DNA from: Gammaproteobacteria bacterium
Lineage (GTDB): Bacteria > Pseudomonadota > Gammaproteobacteria > GCA-001735895
DNA: 25,598 nucleotides
Reading direction: 5' to 3'
NCBI GenBank assembly: GCA_050298595.1
Contig: JBNKUM010000058.1
Span: 1 to 25,598 of the forward strand
The position numbers and the translations under genes are program-made. Positions 10,127 through 18,000 of this stretch are shown piece after piece. How positions within the stretch are numbered: position 1 is the stretch's first letter; the number at the start of each line of letters is the position of its first letter. Under the pieces are notes generated by a model. The model was not told the DNA's origin, did no database searches, and worked only from the letters and a program-made list of their open reading frames with translations.

Positions 10127-10636
10127 CTAGTCCTTTCTGATAAGAGTGAATTGTCGCGCGGCGATGATAAATCCCGCAATACTTAGCATATATAAACCGC
10201 CTGCAATGATGCCGTAAAACCACCATTCTTTTAGGCGTAGCATCATTGTTTCGTTATCGTAATTGTACGCATCTACCCCTCCTACAGAGGTTTGCCAGGC
10301 GAGTAGTAAAGCCAGTAAAGCCAGCAAAATACTGCCCGTAAAATCCAGAGAGGCTTTGAATCCAGTCGATGAATGTGCAGTAAAGACGTCGACGATGACA
10401 TTGCCGTAGCGCATGTGACAATAAGGCAGGCAAAGGCTAACCGCGACACCGGTTAGCAATTTGACAATTTCAGAGTCACCAACGATGGGGGAGTCAAAAA
10501 AATAACGCCCCGTCACGCTGATGACTGTAATGATAGACATGAGGACTAGCACGAAGCCTGCAATAATCGCCAGTTTTTTGCTAAACGATTCAAATAGAGC
10601 GCCAAAAGCAGGAGCCTCTGATCTCGTGGTTGTCAT
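10127..10636 (-). CDS. dctQ: TRAP transporter small permease
   Basis: 169 aa with about four TM segments, V.GRY.F..PI.G..E and GNVIVD motifs; lies between dctP and dctM. RBS AGGAGG. Confidence 0.92.
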   Translation of the reverse strand: MTTTRSEAPAFGALFESFSKKLAIIAGFVLVLMSIITVISVTGRYFFDSPIVGDSEIVKLLTGVAVSLCLPYCHMRYGNVIVDVFTAHSSTGFKASLDFTGSILLALLALLLAWQTSVGGVDAYNYDNETMMLRLKEWWFYGIIAGGLYMLSIAGFIIAARQFTLIRKD

Positions 10637-10677
10637 GCTGTCCTCCTGAATTTTTCGAACTTATGGTGAACGGCTAA

Positions 10678-11727
10678 TTATTGTTCGCTGTATTTGTTGA
10701 GCAATGCATTAGCAGAGTCCAGCAAGGCCTGACCGTGGAGACCTTTTTTGTTCATTTCTTCGACCCAGGCTGTGTGTACTGGCAAGGCTTCTTCACGCAT
10801 TTTATAAACATCTTCTGTTGGCATGGCAACGATAGTATTTCCATGTTTTCTGGCTATTTCGCGAATAGGACCTTCAGCATCTCTATAGTATTTACCAGCG
10901 ATTTTTGCCCATTTCATACCAGAGTTATCGTCGATCACTTTTTTCAGATCAGCAGGTAGTGAGTTGTATTTATCCTTATTCATCGCAAGCATCAGAACCG
11001 CCGTATATATACCACGTTCACCCAGTACTTCAGTAGAGCTATCTGCCAGTTCATGCAGACGGAAAGCCGGTACAATTTCCCAGGGTACAACTGTACCATC
11101 TATAACATTTTTGGATAATGCTGCAGGCATCTGAGGAATAGGCATTGCGACGGGTACCGCACCGTAGGCAGTCATGGCATCAGCAACTGGACGACTCGGA
11201 ATACGAATCTTCATACCTTTCAGGTCTGCCAGGCTTCTAACGGTTTTATTCTTGGTATGGATAACACCGCGATCATGTGACCACAGAATTAATGGATGGA
11301 TATCCTTGAATTCTTTCTGAACTTCTTTGTTGGTGTCGTAATATTCCTGAATTGCCTGAGAAGTCTGTACCGCGTCAGTGACCATGAAGGGGAGTTCAAA
11401 AGCAGATATGGCTGGAAAACGTCCAGGCGTATAGGCGGGTAAGGTGAAAACAACATCGACAAAACCGTCTTTTACCTGATCAACCAGATTTGGCGCTTTA
11501 CCGCCCAGTTGCATAGACGGATAGATCTTAACCTTGATGCGTCCATTGGATTCCTTTTCTATGGCGTTTTTCCAGGGAATGACAAAGTTTTTGTGGGCAG
11601 GAGACTGCTTGGGTAGAAAGTGATGCAGTTTAAGTGTTATTTCTGCTGCCTGTGCAGATACAGTAAGTACTGACATCAGGGCGCAGGTGGTAATGAGTCG
11701 TTTAGCCAGAAATTTGAGTTTAAACAT
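10678..11727 (-). CDS. dctP: TRAP transporter periplasmic substrate-binding protein, probably for aromatic carboxylates
   Basis: Signal peptide ending AQA; ESNGRIKVKIYPSMQLGG, YTPGRFP, FELPF, and DLKGMKIR with the conserved carboxylate-binding Arg. Confidence 0.93.
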   Translation of the reverse strand: MFKLKFLAKRLITTCALMSVLTVSAQAAEITLKLHHFLPKQSPAHKNFVIPWKNAIEKESNGRIKVKIYPSMQLGGKAPNLVDQVKDGFVDVVFTLPAYTPGRFPAISAFELPFMVTDAVQTSQAIQEYYDTNKEVQKEFKDIHPLILWSHDRGVIHTKNKTVRSLADLKGMKIRIPSRPVADAMTAYGAVPVAMPIPQMPAALSKNVIDGTVVPWEIVPAFRLHELADSSTEVLGERGIYTAVLMLAMNKDKYNSLPADLKKVIDDNSGMKWAKIAGKYYRDAEGPIREIARKHGNTIVAMPTEDVYKMREEALPVHTAWVEEMNKKGLHGQALLDSANALLNKYSEQ

Positions 11728-11792
11728 AATGTATTCCTCGATGAGTTTACGAACATGGCATGGGTCAGATTGCTGCCCATGACTCTATTTTT

Positions 11793-11807
11793 GTTATAAG
11801 TTATAAC
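11793..11807. promoter_or_regulatory. Putative MarR (CouR-like) operator upstream of dctP
   Basis: GTTATA-AGT-TATAAC, a perfect 6-3-6 inverted repeat 66 bp upstream of the dctP start. It overlaps a candidate minus-strand promoter (TTTACA at 11826-11821, 17-nt spacer, TAACTT). Confidence 0.75.
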
Positions 11808-12805
11808 TAAAAAAAGATTTTGTAAACCAGTTTTTCAGTTAGCAATCAAAAATATTGACAACTTATTTTGGCTTAACTGGCCCATAATGTGTATATAAAT
11901 CCATAAAAAATATTGCTAATAAATCAAATAGTGAGATTAAAGCTAAAATTATATAAATACAGAAGTTTGATGGTGATTTATTGAATAAATGAAATATGCT
12001 ATAAAATATAACTAAAAAATGGCTGAATGGCTATTTTTGGAGTAATACAGACATTGCATGTTTATTACTTAATATTGTTTAGATGCTGATCTTATTGGTG
12101 CTGACCGTATTTGTTAGCATCTTACAGACTGAAACCAGCAAAGCCTGTCCATCTAGGTCCATTGTATTCATTTCTATAATCCTCACTAAGTGTGCGGTAT
12201 AACTCACTGTACGCATCTTTGCCGACTTGTCCTCTGGCAAGTTATATAGGTGTTCCTATTATTAATGGTTATATTCCGTCCAAGAATTTCGGCTTTGTCC
12301 CAGACTTCAATCATCTCTTTTGCTTAGGGGAGCTCTGGTCGTTTACTTTTTCAGCTTATCGGGTACTAAATTGTATCTGGTTTCTATCAGCGGGTATTTC
12401 AGTAGGGCTTTTGCCTGTTTAAGCAGGTGAAGGCTGGGTGAAAATTGCTATGGAACCAGGGGGCTTTCGAAGATGTTCTTGCTCAGTGCTCACATTAATA
12501 TACGGGGCATCAAAAGCTGTTTGTTTAAGAACTTAAAGTCGATCAAAACCGGGGTTCCTGAAAAGTTTATGGAAATAGGCGGCGTATGGGAGCTAAATAA
12601 AAATTTTTGTTATAACTAATTATTACTTTATATTTATAAGTCAGAGCGGAATAAATAATTAATACATTAAGATCGAATATATTGGTCTCTATTCGGTAAA
12701 ACTGGCTACCAGTTAATGATTCTATGTATGATAAAAGTAGGTTTAATTCTTTAATATGGTGAAATTATTGAAAATATAGACTTCCCAAATTATAAGTTTT
12801 CAGCC

Positions 12806-12832
12806 TATAATGTTATACATTATAACATTATA
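12806..12832. promoter_or_regulatory. Putative MarR (CouR-like) operator upstream of the enoyl-CoA hydratase
   Basis: TATAATGTTATA-CAT-TATAACATTATA is a perfect 12-3-12 inverted repeat containing the GTTATA-N3-TATAAC core (12812-12826) and a TATAAT hexamer. It ends just before the GGAGA RBS. Confidence 0.82.
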
Positions 12833-12841
12833 TTTGGAGAA

Positions 12842-13624
12842 ATGATTGTGGAGTTACCAGCAACACTGGAATTAGAAATGAGGGATGATATTGCGATCCT
12901 TTCGTTAAACCGAATAGAGAAGCGTAATGCGATTAATGATGAGCTTGTTTTTGGGCTGGAGAGTTTTTTTCGTCAAATACCTGAGGGTATCAAGGCGATA
13001 ATACTGACAGCCAGGGGTGATAACTTTTCAGCCGGGCTAGATTTATCAGACATTGTAGAACGCTCAACCATCGAAGGTGTAAAGCATTCCATGAGCTGGC
13101 ATCGGGCATTTGAATTAATTGAATTTTCACCGGTACCGGTTATTTGTGTCATGAAAGGTGCTGTAGTGGGTGGTGGACTAGAGCTTGCTAGCTCGACACA
13201 TATACGTATAGCAGAAGACTCAACCTATTACTCACTCCCGGAAGGCCAGCGCGGGATCTTCGTCGGTGGTGGCGCGTCAGTACGTGTTCCCCGCCTGGTA
13301 GGTGTATCAGTAATGACTGATATGATGCTGACTGGACGTTTGTTTAATGCTGACGAAGGCGCAAAACTAGGGTTATCAAATTATCGGGTCGCAGATGGAG
13401 AAGGGTTAGCAAAGGGACTGGAAGTCGCGAGAAAAGTTGCCGACAACTCGCCAATGACCAATTTTGCAGTCATTCAGGCATTGCCGCGTATTGCTGAAAG
13501 CAACCCTGGTCAGGCATTTATGATGGAGTCTATGATGGCAGCCATCGCCCAGGGTAGTGAAGAGGCGAAAGGAAAATTAAGAGCTTTTCTTGAGAAACGA
13601 GCCAAGAAAGTCACCGACTTTTAA
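12842..13624 (+). CDS. Crotonase/enoyl-CoA hydratase, probably hydroxycinnamoyl-CoA hydratase (PhdE/Atu1417-like)
   Basis: LNRIEKRNA, FSAGLDL (oxyanion loop), GGGLELA and LPEGQRG (both catalytic Glu), and MMLTGR. Confidence 0.9.
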   Translation: MIVELPATLELEMRDDIAILSLNRIEKRNAINDELVFGLESFFRQIPEGIKAIILTARGDNFSAGLDLSDIVERSTIEGVKHSMSWHRAFELIEFSPVPVICVMKGAVVGGGLELASSTHIRIAEDSTYYSLPEGQRGIFVGGGASVRVPRLVGVSVMTDMMLTGRLFNADEGAKLGLSNYRVADGEGLAKGLEVARKVADNSPMTNFAVIQALPRIAESNPGQAFMMESMMAAIAQGSEEAKGKLRAFLEKRAKKVTDF

Positions 13625-13664
13625 TGCTTTTCAAATTTTTGGGAATTCCTGAGGGCTATAATTT

Positions 13665-14426
13665 ATGAATATTAAGAATAAAGTTGCTTTGGTTACCGGT
13701 GGGGGATCAGGCTTAGGTGCTGAAACAGCACGAATTCTTGCTGCTAATGGCGCCAAAGTTGCGGTGCTTGATATCAATGACCAGGCAGCAGCAAAAGTTG
13801 CCGATGAAATTCAAGGTATAGCGGTGCACTGCGATGTTTCTTCGGAGCAAAGTGTCTCTCAGGCATTAGATACCATTGAGCAAAAATTAGGTGTAGCTCA
13901 GATTGTTGTTAATAGTGCTGGTATCGGTACTGCGAAACGAATTCTGGGTCGAGACCAGGTGCACCCACTGGAAAATTTTACCAGAGTTATTGACGTTAAC
14001 CTGATTGGAAGTTTTAACCTGCTGCGCCTAAGTGCAGAAAGAATGTCAAAACTGGAACCTTCTGAAGATGGTGAACGAGGAGTCATTATTTTTACTGCTT
14101 CTATCGCGGCTTTTGAAGGCCAGATAGGGCAGGCGGCATACTCTGCTTCAAAAGGAGGCATAGTGTCTATGACTTTGCCTGCTGCAAGAGAATTGGCTCA
14201 ATTTGGCATTCGAGTATTAACATTGGCTCCAGGGTTGTTTAAAACGCCGTTGATGGAAGAGCTTCCTGAAGAAGTTCAACAGAGTCTTGGGGCTTCTATT
14301 CCATTCCCCGGTCGATTGGGTAAACCGATTGAATTTGCATCTCTGGCATTACATTGTGCAGAAAATACATTTTTGAACGGTGAAGTGATTCGAGTTGATG
14401 GTGGGTTAAGGTTGCCACCACGTTAA
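13665..14426 (+). CDS. SDR family type II 3-hydroxyacyl-CoA dehydrogenase (HSD17B10/PhdB-like)
   Basis: TGGGSGLG, NSAG, ERGVII.TASIAAFEGQIGQAAYSASKGG (YxxxK), PFPGRLG and NGEVIRVDG. Confidence 0.92.
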   Translation: MNIKNKVALVTGGGSGLGAETARILAANGAKVAVLDINDQAAAKVADEIQGIAVHCDVSSEQSVSQALDTIEQKLGVAQIVVNSAGIGTAKRILGRDQVHPLENFTRVIDVNLIGSFNLLRLSAERMSKLEPSEDGERGVIIFTASIAAFEGQIGQAAYSASKGGIVSMTLPAARELAQFGIRVLTLAPGLFKTPLMEELPEEVQQSLGASIPFPGRLGKPIEFASLALHCAENTFLNGEVIRVDGGLRLPPR

Positions 14427-14470
14427 AAAGTATCCAGAGAATCTCTGATTAAATCATTTTTTATTCTGGC

Positions 14471-14553
14471 TAGAAATGCCCCGATTCGTCCCGAAGATGG
14501 CAGCAACAGGGTGGCTATTACAGCTCGCTTCGAAACGAATCGGAGTATTTCTA
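14471..14553. repeat. 83-bp element with 26-bp imperfect inverted arms (MITE/REP-like or long RNA hairpin) between convergent genes
   Basis: TAGAAATGCCCCGATTCGTCCCGAAG (14471-14496) and CTTCGAAACGAATCGGAGTATTTCTA (14528-14553) are complementary at 22 of 26 positions. Both ends are TA. Confidence 0.7.
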
Positions 14554-14572
14554 TCTCAGTCTTCAACCAGGA

Positions 14573-15067
14573 TTAATCATAGGTTCCCAGGGTTTTTATT
14601 TTTTCAGCCTCAATGATAAGAAGCAGGCACTCTTTGAACAGTTGATATCGTTCTTCACCCAGACGTTCATGCAGTAGACTTTCGTGCAGGTGAAATTGTT
14701 GGTGTAGGTGATCGAGTAATTTTTCACCCTTGGTGGTCAGGTGTAGAGCATGCGCTCGCAAATCATTGGTTGAAGGTTTGCGTTCTATTAAGCCGCGTTG
14801 TTGCAGCTTATCTAGCATGCCGACCATGTTCGTACGTTGAATATTAAGTGCCTTAGCCAGGTTGGATTGGCGTAACCCAGGGTTGCTGTGAATGATCTCA
14901 AGAGCACTGAATTGGGCGGGTTTAATATCCAGTGCTTCAAAGAAGTGATTAAACTCCTGAAATATCCTGAGCTGGGCACGACGAATGAAATAGCCCAGAG
15001 AAGAATTGAGAACACCATAATTAAGGTCAGCGTTTTTAGCGGAGCTGTTTTTTTTTGATTTACTCAT
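14573..15067 (-). CDS. MarR family transcriptional repressor (CouR/FerC/HcaR/PhdR-like)
   Basis: LGYFIRRAQ N-terminal helix, PAQFSAL..I..NPGLRQ..LA..L.I.R.N....LD.L..RGLIER and DLRA..L.LT.KG wing motifs; embedded in the catabolic cluster. Confidence 0.93.
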   Translation of the reverse strand: MSKSKKNSSAKNADLNYGVLNSSLGYFIRRAQLRIFQEFNHFFEALDIKPAQFSALEIIHSNPGLRQSNLAKALNIQRTNMVGMLDKLQQRGLIERKPSTNDLRAHALHLTTKGEKLLDHLHQQFHLHESLLHERLGEERYQLFKECLLLIIEAEKIKTLGTYD

Positions 15068-15097
15068 AGATAGCTAAAGTCACATATTTATAAATTA

Positions 15098-15112
15098 ATT
15101 ATACATTATAAC
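15098..15112. promoter_or_regulatory. Putative MarR operator between the divergent marR and acyl-CoA dehydrogenase genes
   Basis: ATTATA-CAT-TATAAC has one mismatch to GTTATA-N3-TATAAC and the same CAT spacer as the 12812 site. It lies in an 86-bp divergent intergenic region. Confidence 0.7.
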
Positions 15113-15153
15113 TTTTAATATTATTTTAGTAGTGCTTTTTTGGGAGAAAAATT

Positions 15154-17244
15154 ATGAGTGATGTGGAAAATGAAAATGCCATTAATATTGAGGCAAACAA
15201 AAATGAGGTTGATCAACAGGATCGGGTCTCTCAATCCACAACATCGATTGCACTTGAGGCAGCAGGCGATAGTGAGTCAGCTCGAGATATTGGAGCGCTT
15301 GATGATGTCGCGCAAGCTGTAGATAAAAAACTCGCGGCAACCAGAACCGGGTTGGTCGAAAGGCTAATCTATGGTCCAGCTCCAGATGCGACCGAATTAC
15401 AGTCAGGCAGTCGTGTATGTACTCGACTCCAGCAACAGGATCAGCCAGTTGTCGATGCAGCAGTAGCCTGTATGGCAAATGGCGATGCGTTTACTCTTGA
15501 TGGGAAAATATCTGCTCAATTACGCAATGCAGTAGCGGCAGAAAAAGCCTATGGGTTAACCGTACCTGTAGAGTTTGGTGGTAAAGGAACTGCTTATGCC
15601 GGATTAGCGCGTATTGAAGAGTTATTAGCGGCAAAAGGTTTGGGTGCGCTGGCTGTTGAAATATCAGGTCAGTTGACTATCGGTGCAAGTTCGGTACTTG
15701 GGTATGGCAGTGATGAACAGAAAAAAACCTATTTACCCATGCTGGTCGAAGGTCGTTTAATTGGCTTTGGATTAACTGAGGTAGGTGTTGGCGTAAACGC
15801 TAAAAAAATTCAGGCCTATGTTGAAGAGGATGAAAATGGGGGCTTCCGCTTATTTGCTGATGGTCCGAGAAATAAATTATGGATTACCAGTGCAACTCAC
15901 GGAGGGCTATTAGGCCTGGTTGCACGTATTGGCAAAGGTAGTCGTAAGATTGGTTTATTTGTGGTTCAACTACCCGAAAAGGATGTAGAGAGTACCGATG
16001 ATTGTGATTACGAATTTCGTTGCGAACATTCTGGGGTTGCGGCGTTTGAAGCGAATATTAATTCTCGAATTCATTTTAAGAATTTTCCCATTCCAAAACA
16101 AAATCAAATTCCAGCCGATGGCGTTGAAGTCCTGTTCTATTGTCTACGCATGGGGCGCTGCATGCTGGCGGCAATGTCAGCGGGTTATCAACGGATGCTT
16201 GCACGAGATGCCAGTCTTTTTGCGATTCAAAGAATTGGTGTAGGCGGTCCGGTCATCAAGCATGAAATCCCGCGACTGGCACTCGCAAGAATGCTCGGAG
16301 GCTCATTACAGTCAAGAGCACTGTCCTATTTATCTTTAAAGCAGGATGAAGATGGCGTTGACCTGGCGGGTTTGCGCGATCTGACGAAATCAGCAGCAGC
16401 CAATACAGGACAGGAAAGCATGATCGCCTGTGAACATGTACTGGGTGGCCGTAGCTTTGCCAAAGGGAGCAGAGTAAGTGATGCGCGAGTCAATCTGCAT
16501 TTATTTGGTGTAGTCGAAGGCGAAGATGACATGATTCGTATGGGTATGGTACGTGATGTCACGCTGAAATTTGTTAATAATTATCTGTCTGGCATGATGG
16601 ATGCGATTAATGCAGCAAATCTGGATGAGCAAGGTCAGATGCTACCAGCCAGTGAGAGAATTTTACGCATTGGTCTAGATTCCTTTATTCAACAACCACA
16701 GCGTTCCTTTAAAGCATTATCTACCTTGTTTAAATCAAGGCAGGTCTATCAGCTGATGGGTTGGATTGTGAGCAATGCAGCAAGTGACCTTGTCAGGTTG
16801 CCAGGTAATCTATTACCCGTATCGTGGGTGGGGCGTTATAGTGGCTTGCCAAAAGAATTAAGAAGCTACGTACGCTTTGCTGAATCACATCTGAGACAAA
16901 TTCGCTGGAGCTATCTGGGATTCAGTCTGTTTTACCAGCTGGAGTTAACTCGTGCGCAGATTCCCTTGCAAAGACTCGGTTATGCGATTGAACAGTTGGT
17001 CTCTATGTTAGTGCTTTGTCATCATGCAGCCGTACAGGATAAATCACAGCAACAGATTGCATCAGTTCATGCACAGATACTGAAAGAAAAATATCAGGGA
17101 ATTAAGTTATTTACCTCGGTGGCAGAGATACAGAGATTGCGTCGACAGGTATCCAATGTTGGTGATGCGATTGAGAAAGGCCAGTCCAGCCTGCTTAACG
17201 AAATCGAACCGGAGCCATTTGCGCATCCATGGGCTGAGGAGTAG
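15154..17244 (+). CDS. Acyl-CoA dehydrogenase family protein (long, atypical)
   Basis: YGLTVPVEFGG, YGSDEQKKTYLP, FGLTE, KLWITSA, LRMGR, LGGRSF and VVEGEDDMIR (position of the MCAD-type catalytic Glu). It has a long C-terminal extension. RBS GGGAG. Confidence 0.85.
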   Translation: MSDVENENAINIEANKNEVDQQDRVSQSTTSIALEAAGDSESARDIGALDDVAQAVDKKLAATRTGLVERLIYGPAPDATELQSGSRVCTRLQQQDQPVVDAAVACMANGDAFTLDGKISAQLRNAVAAEKAYGLTVPVEFGGKGTAYAGLARIEELLAAKGLGALAVEISGQLTIGASSVLGYGSDEQKKTYLPMLVEGRLIGFGLTEVGVGVNAKKIQAYVEEDENGGFRLFADGPRNKLWITSATHGGLLGLVARIGKGSRKIGLFVVQLPEKDVESTDDCDYEFRCEHSGVAAFEANINSRIHFKNFPIPKQNQIPADGVEVLFYCLRMGRCMLAAMSAGYQRMLARDASLFAIQRIGVGGPVIKHEIPRLALARMLGGSLQSRALSYLSLKQDEDGVDLAGLRDLTKSAAANTGQESMIACEHVLGGRSFAKGSRVSDARVNLHLFGVVEGEDDMIRMGMVRDVTLKFVNNYLSGMMDAINAANLDEQGQMLPASERILRIGLDSFIQQPQRSFKALSTLFKSRQVYQLMGWIVSNAASDLVRLPGNLLPVSWVGRYSGLPKELRSYVRFAESHLRQIRWSYLGFSLFYQLELTRAQIPLQRLGYAIEQLVSMLVLCHHAAVQDKSQQQIASVHAQILKEKYQGIKLFTSVAEIQRLRRQVSNVGDAIEKGQSSLLNEIEPEPFAHPWAEE

Positions 17245-17554
17245 CCAGAGGCCTTAAAGAGAGCGGTGATAATAGCCTTGATGGGCGTAATGACCATGGC
17301 AAGTTACCTTTTTTTCATGCATAGAAATTAATCCCGTTTGCAGTATTTGGAGGTTTTTAAATTCACTTTGGACAGATTCGGCCTTGCCGTAAGTATCCTG
17401 CTTTTCTTCAATTTTATTTCACACATCCCCTGGCTTTTTTAAATCTCGCTACACAGCGGACTGATCAGCTACTCGAAACCTTTGCAGGGCGATATACGAG
17501 TATTGATTTGCGCAGTTAGCTACGAGTTTTTTGTTGAGATGTTCTAAATTTAAT

Positions 17555-17569
17555 GTTATAACAAATAAC
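17555..17569. promoter_or_regulatory. Putative MarR operator upstream of the porin gene
   Basis: GTTATA-ACA-AATAAC has one mismatch to the consensus, with complementary T/A flanks. It is about 430 bp upstream of the porin ATG, in AT-rich DNA where chance matches are more likely. Confidence 0.5.
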
Positions 17570-18000
17570 AAATAATAAAATGTATTTAAAAGATACGAAA
17601 TGATTGAAATAGCAGTTATTAACATATTAATAATTCAATAAATATAATTATATACAAAAGTACATAATCAATAGTTAATAAAATTTATAAGTATTTGAAA
17701 AATAGATATAAAATACAATCAAATTTATATTAGAAGACGTTAATATGTGCCTTAATATCTTAAATAAAATGATTAGAATGAGGTGATAAAGTAAAAAGAT
17801 AATAATGTTAAAAAAGTACAATATAATGATAAGGCATAACATAGATATTTTACTTTCTCAGGCTTAGCATGTTCGTCATATCAAGTTGTTGATATGAGAG
17901 CCTTGTAATGTCTTTGTGACAATGCCGATTTCAATTGCCATCTTGTTTACAAGCATAAAGGGCGTATGCCCAAAAAATTAATCTTTGAGGAAACCGATAT

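Noticed and set aside
11855-11888. TTGACA and CATAAT as a plus-strand sigma70 promoter
   Set aside because: The spacer is 22 nt, too long, and there is no nearby downstream gene.
12120-12165. GCAAAGCC segment reminiscent of a c-di-GMP-I riboswitch
   Set aside because: The upstream GGCAAAC element and the paired stems needed for the fold are absent.
12192-12422. 76-aa intergenic ORF
   Set aside because: GTG start with no RBS and no recognisable motif; not called as a CDS, though a small protein cannot be excluded.
12842-13624. Calling the crotonase an Ech/HCHL vanillin-forming lyase
   Set aside because: It has the two-glutamate hydratase pattern and is paired with a hydroxyacyl-CoA dehydrogenase rather than an aldehyde dehydrogenase.
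14435-14447. CAGAGA-A-TCTCTG palindrome after the SDR stop
   Set aside because: Short with a 1-nt loop, so it cannot form a terminator hairpin; likely chance.
17826-17840. ATGATA-AGG-CATAAC as a further MarR operator
   Set aside because: Three mismatches in very AT-rich DNA; not distinguishable from chance.
17880-17893. ATCAA-N4-TTGAT as an FNR box
   Set aside because: The half-sites are in the opposite order to the FNR consensus TTGAT-N4-ATCAA.
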